A DNA stretch of 64,000 bases from Thermoanaerobaculales bacterium (GTDB lineage: Bacteria; Acidobacteriota; Thermoanaerobaculia; Thermoanaerobaculales; Sulfomarinibacteraceae). Below, piece by piece: positions 26,151 through 35,365 of the stretch; positions within the stretch are counted from its first letter, which is position 1; each line of letters begins with the position of its first letter. Below the pieces are notes generated by a model. That model was given only the letters and a program-made list of their open reading frames with translations. It had not been told where the DNA came from and searched no databases. The DNA lies in contig JARFRM010000199.1 of assembly GCA_029287235.1 (NCBI GenBank), positions 484 to 64,483 on the forward strand, read 5' to 3'. A program made the position numbers and the translations under genes.

Positions 26151-28163
26151 CTACACGTCGAGCGCCTCAGCCACCAACTCAATCACATCGAAGGTCCGAG
26201 CACCCTCCAGCCCCTCCTCTTGCTGGGCATCCGAGAGCATGGAGTAGCAATAGGGGCAGGCGACGGCCACCTCCGCGGTGCCCGTGGCCCGCAACTGGTC
26301 GAATCGCATCTGGTTGATCCTCTCACCGAGGTCTTCCTCGAGCCACATCCGGCCACCGCCGGCGCCGCAGCACATGGAGCGATCGCGGCTGAGCTCCGCC
26401 TCGCGCACCGTCAGGCCGGGAACACTGCCGAGCAGGAACCTGGGTGCATCGTACTCGCCGTTGGTCCGGCCGAGATAGCAGGGATCGTGATACGCGAGAT
26501 CGAGCTCGACGGTCTGTGACAGCGTGAGTCGGCCCAGTTGAACCAACTCGGCCACCAACTGGGTTCCGTGGACGACCTCGTAGTTGCCGTCGAAATCCGG
26601 ATACTCGTGGGCCAACGTGTTGTAAACGTGCGGACAGTTGGTCACGATTTTCTTGACGCCGTAGGTGTTCATGGTTTCGACGTTCTGCATGGCGAGCATC
26701 TGGAAGAGGTACTCGTTGCCCAGTCGACGGGCGGCATCGCCGGTGGATGCCTCCTCCGAGCCGAGGATGGCGATCTTCACACCGGCCGCTTTGAGGATCG
26801 ATGCAAGCGCCCTCGAGACCTTCTTGCCGTGGTCGTCATAGCTGCCCGGAGAACCGACAAAGAAGAGGTAATCGAAATCACCCCCCGCTTCGGACGCGAG
26901 TGGGATGTCGAGGCCGTCGGCCCATGCGGCGCGTTCCTCGGCCGGGAGCTGCCACGGGTTTCCGTTCACCTCGTACCCTCGGAACGCCGGCTGGGCTTCC
27001 TCCGGGAACTCGGCCTTCTCGAGCACCAGGTTCTGGCGCATCTCGACCAGCTTGTCGACATAGCTGATGTCCAGCGGACACGCGCGTTCACACCACCGAC
27101 AGGTGGTGCACGCCCAGATCACCTCAGGGTCGACCACCATCGGAACCAACTCGAGCTCCGACCCCTTGACCTCTTCTCCGGGGCTGACGAGCAAATCCTT
27201 CTGCTCGCTGTAGAGCTGATCGCGGACGGACTTGAGGTACAAGACCGGCTGCAACGGTTTTCCCGTCAGGGTGGTCGGGCAGAACTCGCGGCATCTCCCG
27301 CACTCGGTGCAGGTGTACATGTCGAGCATCTGCTTCCAGGTGAAGTCGGTGATGGCGGCGATCCCGAATCGGGTGTTCTCATCGACATCCTCGAGATCCA
27401 TGGTCGGCAGCTTGCCGGGGGCGTCGAGGTCGGCGAAGAAGACGTTGAAGATCGAGGTGTAGACGTGAAAGTGCTTGGAGTACGGAAGCTCGTTGGCGAA
27501 GACGTAGAGAGTGATGAGGTGGATCCACCACGTCCAGCTGTAGACGGCCTGGAGGGTGCCCTCGGAGAAACCGGCGAAGAGCGAGCCGAAGAGCGCCGAC
27601 ACCGGCAGATAGCCGCCATCGAGGGCGCCGGCCGCGATCCTCGCCCCTTCCGATGCCAGGTCGGTGAACATCAGGATGGCAATTAGGCCGATGACGATCC
27701 AGGCGCCCCTCGACTGGATGATCCTGTCCTTGCGCTGGATTCCGCGCCGCCACGCCGCGAAGACGAGTCCGAGGAGCACGAGCGCTTCGAAGATGTCCTT
27801 GGAGAAGAGGTAGGCGTGGCCGAGCCCGGTGTGGAGCAACGGCAGCTCCCAACCCGCAAAGAGGCCCTCGATCACCATGGTCACGGTTCGGATGCTGACC
27901 ACCAGGAATCCGTAGAAGATGAACAGGTGGTAGATTCCGGCAAAAAGATCATCGAACATCTTCTTCTGGCCGAAGGCATAAATCAGAACATGTTTGAACC
28001 GTTCACCGAGCCGGTCGAGTCTATTCTCCGCTCTACCCAATTGAAGCAGACTGAACCGACGGCTCAGCGAGAACACCACCCCGCCGACACCGACGATGGT
28101 GAGCAACCAGAACCAGACAACGCCGGAGATTCCCAATAATGATGAAGCGGTGGCGTGATCCAT
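26151..28163 (-). CDS. membrane-anchored Fe-S oxidoreductase (DsrM/NarI-like TM domain fused to HdrD/GlpC-like 2x[4Fe-4S] + CCG domains)
   Basis: About 5 N-terminal TM helices. CTECGRCREFCP and CTTCRWCERACP ferredoxin motifs. Two Cys-rich CCG-type blocks (CPHVYNT..., HDPCYLGR...MCCGAGGG). Confidence 0.8.
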   Translation of the reverse strand: MDHATASSLLGISGVVWFWLLTIVGVGGVVFSLSRRFSLLQLGRAENRLDRLGERFKHVLIYAFGQKKMFDDLFAGIYHLFIFYGFLVVSIRTVTMVIEGLFAGWELPLLHTGLGHAYLFSKDIFEALVLLGLVFAAWRRGIQRKDRIIQSRGAWIVIGLIAILMFTDLASEGARIAAGALDGGYLPVSALFGSLFAGFSEGTLQAVYSWTWWIHLITLYVFANELPYSKHFHVYTSIFNVFFADLDAPGKLPTMDLEDVDENTRFGIAAITDFTWKQMLDMYTCTECGRCREFCPTTLTGKPLQPVLYLKSVRDQLYSEQKDLLVSPGEEVKGSELELVPMVVDPEVIWACTTCRWCERACPLDISYVDKLVEMRQNLVLEKAEFPEEAQPAFRGYEVNGNPWQLPAEERAAWADGLDIPLASEAGGDFDYLFFVGSPGSYDDHGKKVSRALASILKAAGVKIAILGSEEASTGDAARRLGNEYLFQMLAMQNVETMNTYGVKKIVTNCPHVYNTLAHEYPDFDGNYEVVHGTQLVAELVQLGRLTLSQTVELDLAYHDPCYLGRTNGEYDAPRFLLGSVPGLTVREAELSRDRSMCCGAGGGRMWLEEDLGERINQMRFDQLRATGTAEVAVACPYCYSMLSDAQQEEGLEGARTFDVIELVAEALDV

Positions 28164-28292
28164 GGCTGCTCCTCACGACCCCGAAGGATCAAGAAAAAAG
28201 TTAAACTCGAGATGTTCCCAGCACCGTCGCAGTATACCAGGAGAACTGAACCGTCATTCATTTCCGCTCGACCGCTTCGCGGCTGCCGGAAA

Positions 28293-29363
28293 TCAAACGG
28301 AAGATGAGGTTGAAACCGACCCGAGCAGCTTGCCGAGGAGCGAGGATGTCGGGAGCCTCGGGTTTGCCGGATCGGCCCACGACCACCCTTTGGCCACCCT
28401 CACCGGATGATCGATGACCGCTCGTGCCGGTATGGCCTCGATCCTCCGGTGGGTGATGGAGTGCCTGATCGGCTTCGAAATTCCGATCGACTGGGTCACG
28501 TCGAAGGGGAGAAGTCCGAGGGCCTGCTGTTCGAGAGGACGGCCGCTGTCGATTTCGGCGAACGGCGGCAGCCAGAGACCGCGGAGGATCGGACCCTCGG
28601 CCACCTGTCGCAGCAACCAGCGCCGCTTGGGATCTTCGACCACCACGACCAGCCAACGCAGGTCGACGACGGCCCGGGTCTGCCTCGGCGGCGGGTAGGC
28701 TGTCGGATCGCCCTCACACCGGGCGCGACACCCCTCGGTCAGGGGGCAGCGGACACAATCCGGCCGGTTGGGGGTACACACCGTCGCCCCGAGCTCCATC
28801 AACGCCTCGTTGACATCACCGGGCGGGGCGCCGTTCATCAATCCTCGCACCCACTCGAGGACGGCTGCTCGACCCTCTTTCCCGCGCGGGTCATCCGCCG
28901 AGGCCAGGACCCTCGCACCGACCCGAGCGATGTTGCCGTCCATCAAAGGGACCGCCTCGCCGAAGACCATGGACGCCACCGCCGCCGCAGTGTAGGGCCC
29001 GATGCCGGGCAGCCGCTCGAGCTCGGCAGCCGAGGACGGCAGCTCGCCGCCGCCGGCCGCAACCTCGAGCGCCAACCGATGGAGCAGACGCGCCCGCCGG
29101 TAGTAGCCGAGCCCCGACCACGCCTCGAGCACGTCTTCCCGCGACGCCGCGGCGAGCGCGCGGAAATCCGGAAACCGGCGCACGAACGCCTCGAATCGCG
29201 GCACGACGCGGTCGAGTTGGGTCTGCTGCGCCATCAGCTCCGAGACCAACGAGTGGTAGGGGTCGCGCGGCATTTTTCTCCAAGGAAGCACACGGGCGTT
29301 CGCCCGGAACCACGCCATGAGAGAGTCGGCATCAGGCATGAGGTCGTGAGGTCGTGGGGTCAT
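28293..29363 (-). CDS. mutY: A/G-specific adenine DNA glycosylase
   Basis: HhH-GPD block SGLGYYRRARLLH, Fe-S loop CTPNRPDCVRCPLTEGC, and C-terminal NUDIX-like domain. An alternative start at 29339 would exclude repeat-encoded residues. Confidence 0.88.
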   Translation of the reverse strand: MTPRPHDLMPDADSLMAWFRANARVLPWRKMPRDPYHSLVSELMAQQTQLDRVVPRFEAFVRRFPDFRALAAASREDVLEAWSGLGYYRRARLLHRLALEVAAGGGELPSSAAELERLPGIGPYTAAAVASMVFGEAVPLMDGNIARVGARVLASADDPRGKEGRAAVLEWVRGLMNGAPPGDVNEALMELGATVCTPNRPDCVRCPLTEGCRARCEGDPTAYPPPRQTRAVVDLRWLVVVVEDPKRRWLLRQVAEGPILRGLWLPPFAEIDSGRPLEQQALGLLPFDVTQSIGISKPIRHSITHRRIEAIPARAVIDHPVRVAKGWSWADPANPRLPTSSLLGKLLGSVSTSSSV

Positions 29364-29381
29364 GAGGTCGTGGGTCGCTCA
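29337..29381. repeat. degenerate tandem repeat GAGGTCGTG(G), about 4 copies
   Basis: CATGAGGTCGTGAGGTCGTGGGGTCATGAGGTCGTGGGTCGCTCA spans the trkH stop and the mutY start. Confidence 0.6.
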
Positions 29382-30833
29382 CCGCCGCCAGAACGAGGGG
29401 TAGAAGATCACGAGAGCCGAGAACATCTCCAACCGACCGACGAGCATGAGCCAGGCCAGGAACCACTTGCCCGCGTCTGAAATGAAAGCGAAGTTCTCCG
29501 ACGGCCCGACCGCCCCGAAACCCGGACCGATGTTCATCAGCGCGGAGATCACCGAGCTCATCCCGGTAATGGCGTCTATGTCGTCGATGAGCACCATGAC
29601 GCAGCCGCCGATGAGCACCATGAAGACATTGACGATGAAGTAACACACGGCAAGGTAGACCACCCCCTTTTCAACCGGGTGGCCGTTGATGCGGACCGAG
29701 AGCACCGACAGCGGTTGAAAGAAGATCTTCTTGATCGCACCGACCATGAACTTCCAGATCAGCACATAGTGGACGACCTTGATCCCGCTGGTGGTCGAAC
29801 CGGCGCAGGCGCCGATGAAGCAGACCACCACGAGGATCATCTGTACGGCCTGGGGCCACAGCTCGTAGTCGGCGGTCGTGAACCCGGTGGTGGTGAGCAG
29901 CGAGGTCACCTGGAAGGCGCCGTACCGCAGCGCGTCCGGGAAATCGTAGGTGCCGTCCCGCCACAGGATCCAGGTGACGCTGCCGCAGAGCACGGCCATG
30001 AAACCGAGGTACCAGCGGAGCTCGGTGTTGACCCTGAGCGTCTTCCAGTCGCCGCGGAAGGCGTGGTAGTAGAGCATGAAGGTGACGCCGCCGAGAAACA
30101 TGAAGACGATGATGACCCAGTCGAAGTAGGCGGAGTTGTAGTGGCCGATACTGGAGTTGTAGGGGGAGTAACCCGAGGTCGAGACGGTGCCGAAGGCGTG
30201 GCAACACGAGTCGAAGAGCGACATCCCTCCGAGAAACATGAGCACGATCTGGAACGCGTTGAGCGCCAGGTAGATCACCCACAGATAAAGGATCGCGTCT
30301 CGGTTGCGCGCCGTGAACCTCTCCTTGGTGATCACCTGACCCGGGCTCGACTCGGCGCGGAAGATCCGCAGACCACCCATCCCGTGGGGCAGGAAGATGA
30401 TGGTCAGCGTGAGAAAGCCCATGCCACCGAGCAGGTGTGTTTCGCTGCGCCAGAAAAGCAGCCCGTGGGGAACGCTCTCGATGTCCGTGAGAATAGTGGC
30501 TCCCGTGGTCGTGAACCCCGACATCATCTCGAAGAAGGCGTCGGTGAACGAGGGGATGGCGCCGTGGATCATGAAGGGCAGTGCCGAGACCGCCGAGATG
30601 ATGATCCATCCAAAGGCGGCGATGACAATGGCGTCCCTGGTCTCAAGGACGGTCCCGCGTACGAATCTGAGCCGAAGCGGAAGGCCGATCACCCCGGCGA
30701 TCACAGCGGAGATGAGCAACGCGACGAGATCTCCTTCGCCGTAGATCAGGGCGACGAGGGCAGGCACCAGCAGCGCACCACCCGTGACGAGCAGCAGCGT
30801 CCCCATGACATAGGCGATGGCGCGAAAATTCAT
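29379..30833 (-). CDS. trkH: TrkH-family potassium uptake membrane protein
   Basis: 484 aa, polytopic. Repeated pore-loop TTTG/STSG motifs (FTTTGAT, TVSTSGY, LLTTTGF, AGSTTSGIK). Confidence 0.9.
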   Translation of the reverse strand: MNFRAIAYVMGTLLLVTGGALLVPALVALIYGEGDLVALLISAVIAGVIGLPLRLRFVRGTVLETRDAIVIAAFGWIIISAVSALPFMIHGAIPSFTDAFFEMMSGFTTTGATILTDIESVPHGLLFWRSETHLLGGMGFLTLTIIFLPHGMGGLRIFRAESSPGQVITKERFTARNRDAILYLWVIYLALNAFQIVLMFLGGMSLFDSCCHAFGTVSTSGYSPYNSSIGHYNSAYFDWVIIVFMFLGGVTFMLYYHAFRGDWKTLRVNTELRWYLGFMAVLCGSVTWILWRDGTYDFPDALRYGAFQVTSLLTTTGFTTADYELWPQAVQMILVVVCFIGACAGSTTSGIKVVHYVLIWKFMVGAIKKIFFQPLSVLSVRINGHPVEKGVVYLAVCYFIVNVFMVLIGGCVMVLIDDIDAITGMSSVISALMNIGPGFGAVGPSENFAFISDAGKWFLAWLMLVGRLEMFSALVIFYPSFWRR

Positions 30834-30840
30834 CGTCGGA

Positions 30841-32229
30841 TCACCCGAGAATCATCTTCTGGAGCTCGCGAAGGTGGTCGGACAAGCACACCGCGATCAC
30901 CCTGTCGCCGGGCTCGAGGTGAGTGGCGCCCACCGCGGTCTGCCACTCGTCATCGCGGTGAAAACCGCCGATGATGATCCGGCCCTTGAGACCGGCGGTG
31001 TTGGAAAGGGCCACCCTCGTGATCGGAGCATTGCGACCGACAACCGCCTCGACCACCTCGGCTTCGAAGCCGTGGAGATGGGCCACCGAGAGCAGTTGAC
31101 CGCGGCGGATGTACTTGAGGATTTCGTTGGCGGCCAGGACCTTCTTGCTGAGAACCACGTCGGCCCCCATGGTTGATGCCAGAACCAGATACTCTTCGCG
31201 CCCGACCAGGGCGATGGTCCTGGTGTGTCTAGCCCGATCCTCGCCCTCCCGGTCCCGGATCACGTTCTTTGCCAACAGGCACGACATGATGTTGGTTTCG
31301 TTGTTCGCGGTGGAGGCGATGATGGTGTCCATGTCCAGTAGCCCGGCCTGGAGCATGGTGCCTCCGTCCGAGGCGTCACCATGCAGGAGTTCGGTCCTCT
31401 TGAGGTTGTGCGACAGCTCTTCGGCACGCCTTTCATCGCGTTCGATGAGGCGCACCGCGAAGGTGTCCTCGAGAAGCTCGGAGACCCGGCTGCCGACCAT
31501 CCCCCCGCCGATGATCATGACGCGGTGGCGGCGATCATCCGAGACCATGGCGAACTCCATCAACTGCGGCAGATCCTCGGTTCTGGCCAGGATGAACGCG
31601 TTGTCGCCCGGCCGCAGCTCCTCGTCGCCGCTCGGGATGATGGTGTTGGTGCCGCGGGCGATGGAGACCACTCGAAAATAGAAGTCGTCATACCTTTTTG
31701 AAAGCTCGGTCAGTTTGATCCCGGCGAGGGGGGAACCTTCGTCGACACGGGTCGCCACGACCTGCATCTGACCCCCGGCGATGTCGATGACAACGTTACC
31801 GGCGCGAATTTTGAGCAAGCGGGCGATCTCGAGGGCTGTGAGCTCCTCGGGTCGGATCATCAGGTCGATCTTGAGGTCACTGGCAGAGAGCAACGCGTTC
31901 TTCTCCCACAAAGCGAGGGACCGCACCCGGGCGATCTTGCGCGGGATCCCGCAGCGATCCGCGATGAGCGTGGCCAGGATGTTGACCGAGTCCTCGTCGG
32001 TGACCGCGATAAGGTAGTCCATGGTCTCGGCATCTGCCTCGGTCCAACTGGAAAAGCTCAGGGCGTCACCGCGGATGAGCCGAGCGTCGATCTCGCCGTC
32101 GGCGCGGCCGATGGCCTTAGAGCCCTGTTCGATGATGGTGATGGCGTGGCCCTCGTGGCTCAGCCTCTTCGCCAGGTAGAAACCGACGCCACCCAGCCCG
32201 AGGATCAGGATATTCTCGCCCTTCTTCAC
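30841..32229 (-). CDS. trkA: Trk system NAD-binding protein TrkA
   Basis: Two TrkA-N Rossmann repeats (ILILGLGGVGFYLA, VMIIGGGMVGSRV), each followed by a TrkA-C domain. Start set at GTG 32229, since the ORF extension upstream has no homology. Confidence 0.88.
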   Translation of the reverse strand: MKKGENILILGLGGVGFYLAKRLSHEGHAITIIEQGSKAIGRADGEIDARLIRGDALSFSSWTEADAETMDYLIAVTDEDSVNILATLIADRCGIPRKIARVRSLALWEKNALLSASDLKIDLMIRPEELTALEIARLLKIRAGNVVIDIAGGQMQVVATRVDEGSPLAGIKLTELSKRYDDFYFRVVSIARGTNTIIPSGDEELRPGDNAFILARTEDLPQLMEFAMVSDDRRHRVMIIGGGMVGSRVSELLEDTFAVRLIERDERRAEELSHNLKRTELLHGDASDGGTMLQAGLLDMDTIIASTANNETNIMSCLLAKNVIRDREGEDRARHTRTIALVGREEYLVLASTMGADVVLSKKVLAANEILKYIRRGQLLSVAHLHGFEAEVVEAVVGRNAPITRVALSNTAGLKGRIIIGGFHRDDEWQTAVGATHLEPGDRVIAVCLSDHLRELQKMILG

Positions 32230-32466
32230 GGCCGAAGCCCATCGACGGGAGACCAGAAGACGGTGGTGCGACGCTCCGCCCGTGGCACAGCCGAGACTGC
32301 GTTTATTCGATGCAACAGGTTTCTCATGGCTGCATTGTCCTCGATTCCGGGGTCCGGAATCCACCCTTGGTGTCGAGATCGAGGTCTCGACCCCGGAACC
32401 CGGCCCGGTGCCCACGGTATAATGCCCCGTCACGTAACGTCACAACCTCGAAGGGCATACCCACTG

Positions 32467-33021
32467 ATGGCAGTCGATCGTCTCGCCGAAGAGCAGAAGC
32501 TGACCGAGCTGATGATCGCCTACCAGAAGGGGGACATGGATGCGTTCACGGGACTCTACGAGGCCCTGAAACGTCCACTCATTCGTTACCTATGGAGCTT
32601 TGTCCGCAACCAGACCATGGCGGAGGACCTGCTTCAGGAGGCTTTCCTCCAACTCCACCGCGCGCGGCGGACCTACACCCCGCCGCGGCCGGTTCGGCCG
32701 TGGATCTACGCCATCGCCCGTCACGTCGCTCTGATGCACCTCCGCTCCATGCGGCGCCGCAAGGAGTTCTTGCCCGACGAAGATCTTCCGGAGGTTCCGG
32801 TGCCGCCGGAAATGGACCAGCTCGCCGACCGTGCAACGGTGCAGCGACTGCTCGGCACCCTACCGCGAGCATCGAAGGAGGTGCTCATCCTCCACCACCT
32901 GCTGGGCATGAGCTTCGAGGAGGTCGGGCAGATCGTCGGGATCACATCGGGAACCGCCAAGGTCCGTGCCCACCGCGCATTGAAGAAAATCCGAGAACAG
33001 CTGGTCGAGGGGGGGGCGTGA
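32467..33021 (+). CDS. ECF-type RNA polymerase sigma factor
   Basis: Region 2 (AEDLLQEAFLQLHRARRTY) and region 4 HTH (MSFEEVGQIVGITSGTAKVRAHRALKKI). Start at Met 32467. Confidence 0.85.
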   Translation: MAVDRLAEEQKLTELMIAYQKGDMDAFTGLYEALKRPLIRYLWSFVRNQTMAEDLLQEAFLQLHRARRTYTPPRPVRPWIYAIARHVALMHLRSMRRRKEFLPDEDLPEVPVPPEMDQLADRATVQRLLGTLPRASKEVLILHHLLGMSFEEVGQIVGITSGTAKVRAHRALKKIREQLVEGGA

Positions 33022-33022
33022 G

Positions 33023-33691
33023 ATGAGCCTCAATTCGATCCCCAACGACCTGCGCGAGGCGATCGAGAGCAATATTCAACCGGTCCACCCGCTCCACCCG
33101 GCCTGGATGCGCACCATCCTGGCGGTGGCCATCCTGGCGGTGGTGCTCGCCTTCGTGCTTGCCAAAGCCAGCCTCCGGACGGACATCGATCAGCTCCCCT
33201 TGTGGCTGAGTTGGGGCTGCTCGGTCCTGCAGCTCGTGCTTGGCGTCCTGCTCATCGGCCTGGCGTTGCGCGAGGCGATCCCCGGCGAAGGCATCCCCGG
33301 TGGAGCCATCCGGATGGCGGCCGCGACCGCCCTCGCAGTGCAAATCCTCGTCGGTGTCGCGACATCGATCTACTCCCCCGTCGCCATGCCCGGAAGCGGG
33401 ATCGCCCCCGGGATCGGCTGCTTCAAGCACGAAATCGTCATGGCCCTTCCAACCTTTGTCGTGACCCTGTGGCTGGTGTTTCGCGCTCTTCCACTGCGAG
33501 CACCTACCGCCGGTCTTCTCGGGGGCGCGGGTGCCACCGTGGGATCTGATGCCGTCATCCACCTCCTGTGCCCCATGTCGAATCTCTCCCATGTCCTCGT
33601 GTGGCACACGGGCGCGGTGATTCTCTTCATGGCGCTCGGCTGGACCGCCGGAGCGATTTGGGAGCGCATCCGCTGGCGAAACTGTGCTTGA
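33023..33691 (+). CDS. putative membrane anti-sigma factor (NrsF/DUF1109-like)
   Basis: ATG lies 1 nt after the sigma stop. About six TM helices with conserved-looking Cys/His in loops (GIGCFKHE, HLLCPMSNLSH). Family call comes from architecture only. Confidence 0.45.
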   Translation: MSLNSIPNDLREAIESNIQPVHPLHPAWMRTILAVAILAVVLAFVLAKASLRTDIDQLPLWLSWGCSVLQLVLGVLLIGLALREAIPGEGIPGGAIRMAAATALAVQILVGVATSIYSPVAMPGSGIAPGIGCFKHEIVMALPTFVVTLWLVFRALPLRAPTAGLLGGAGATVGSDAVIHLLCPMSNLSHVLVWHTGAVILFMALGWTAGAIWERIRWRNCA

Positions 33692-33768
33692 CAAGCGCAG
33701 GCGGCGGGTTCACAGTTCCCCCCGACGACCGTCGCCAGAACGACACTCGGCGACGTGCTGGAGGCAGG

Positions 33769-34290
33769 ATGAGCCACGACATCGACTTCTCGACCATCAG
33801 TCTTCGCGACACCCTCGACCTCGCCATCGCCATCGAGGAGGAGGCCAAGGAAAGGTACGACGAGTTCGCCGAGCAACTCGATGCCCACCGCACCCCCGAG
33901 GTCGCCAAGTTCTTCCGATTCATGTCCGACAACGAGGTGAAACACGCCGAGGTCCTCGCCGCCCAACGCTCCGAGCTCTTCGGCAGCGAACCGACCACCG
34001 CGGACGCCTCGATGCTCTACGACATCGAGGCCCCCGACTACGACGGCGCCCGCGCCTTCATGTCGATCCAGGACGCCCTTGAGGTGGCCCTCAACGCCGA
34101 GATCAAGGCCTACGAGTTCTACCACGATGCGCTCCCCTCGGTTGCCGACACCTCCGTCAAGGAGCTCTTCGAGCGTCTCCGCGACGAGGAGGTCCAGCAC
34201 CAGAAAATGATTAAGGAGATCATGGCCAAGGTCCCGGACATGGACGCCTTCGATCCCAACGACTTCGCGGACGACCCCACCGCACAGTGA
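33769..34290 (+). CDS. ferritin-like / rubrerythrin-family di-iron protein
   Basis: Two E..E..H half-sites (IEEEAKERY...NEVKHAE and LNAEIKAYEFY...DEEVQHQ). GGAGG lies 4 nt before ATG 33769. Confidence 0.65.
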   Translation: MSHDIDFSTISLRDTLDLAIAIEEEAKERYDEFAEQLDAHRTPEVAKFFRFMSDNEVKHAEVLAAQRSELFGSEPTTADASMLYDIEAPDYDGARAFMSIQDALEVALNAEIKAYEFYHDALPSVADTSVKELFERLRDEEVQHQKMIKEIMAKVPDMDAFDPNDFADDPTAQ

Positions 34291-34316
34291 GTCGCTGAGA
34301 GTCACAGCGGGGAGCG

Positions 34317-35336
34317 ATGCCGACCGTTCCCAATGGCGATCAGAGCCCGTCGCCGCCCTTCGGCGTCCTTCTGACCAACCTGGGATCTCCGACTGCACCG
34401 ACCAGCCGAGCCGTGCGGTCCTACCTGCGGGAGTTCCTCGCCGACCCACGGGTGGTCGACCTCCCACGAGTCCGCTGGTGGCTCATCCGCAACCTCTTCA
34501 TCCTTCCATTCCGGCCGCGCCGTTCGGCCGGCCTCTACCGGACCATCTGGACAGCTGAAGGATCGCCGCTCGTGGTCACCACTCAGCGCATCGGGAAAGC
34601 CCTCGCCACCCGACTCGAGGGCTCGCACGACACCGAGGTCCCGGTCGAGGTCGCGATGCGGTACGGCTCGCCCCGGATTGCGGACGGGATCGAGAAGCTC
34701 GCACGCGCCGAATGCTCGCGGATCCTCGTCCTTCCGCTCTATCCCCAGTACAGCACCACAACCACAGCCTCGACCTGCGACGCGGTCCATGCGGCTCTTC
34801 GTCGAAAGGCTTCGCCCCCGGAGATTCGCACCGTCCTCGACTACAACGACCATCCGGCCTACTTGACGGCCCTGCAGTCGAGCATTCGCTCGTTCTGGGA
34901 AGAGCACGGGCCGACTGACCGGCTGCTCATGTCATTCCACGGGATCCCTCGCCGCACTGCCGACGCCGGCGATCCCTACCCGAAGCAGTGCGCCGCGACC
35001 GCCCGTTTGCTGGCCGCCCGGCTCGAGCTCACGCCCGGCCGGTGGCACATGGCCTATCAGTCCAAGTTCGGCAAAGAGCCCTGGCTGCGACCCGCCCTCG
35101 ACGATCGTCTCATTCGGTGGGGTGGCAAGGGAGTCAACGGGGTGGATGTCGTCTGTCCCGGATTTTCGGCCGACTGCCTCGAGACCCTCGAAGAGGTGGC
35201 GAGCACCTGTCGTGGACGCTTCGAAGCTGCCGGGGGAAGCGGATATCGCTACATCCCCGCTCTCAACGACGGTTGGGAGCACGTAACGGCTCTCACCGAG
35301 ATCGTCACCGATCACACCCGCGACTGGCTGGAATAG
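34317..35336 (+). CDS. hemH: ferrochelatase
   Basis: FGVLLTNLGSPTAPT...YLREFLADPRVV start, LPLYPQYS, and FSADCLETLEE motifs. Confidence 0.9.
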   Translation: MPTVPNGDQSPSPPFGVLLTNLGSPTAPTSRAVRSYLREFLADPRVVDLPRVRWWLIRNLFILPFRPRRSAGLYRTIWTAEGSPLVVTTQRIGKALATRLEGSHDTEVPVEVAMRYGSPRIADGIEKLARAECSRILVLPLYPQYSTTTTASTCDAVHAALRRKASPPEIRTVLDYNDHPAYLTALQSSIRSFWEEHGPTDRLLMSFHGIPRRTADAGDPYPKQCAATARLLAARLELTPGRWHMAYQSKFGKEPWLRPALDDRLIRWGGKGVNGVDVVCPGFSADCLETLEEVASTCRGRFEAAGGSGYRYIPALNDGWEHVTALTEIVTDHTRDWLE

Positions 35337-35365
35337 AAAGCTCCTCGCGCGCGCTATCTTGGGAC

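Noticed and set aside
32230-32433. 68-codon N-terminal extension of TrkA from the ORF track.
   Set aside because: The extension has no similarity to TrkA. GTG 32229 gives the canonical start directly before the GxGxxG Rossmann loop.
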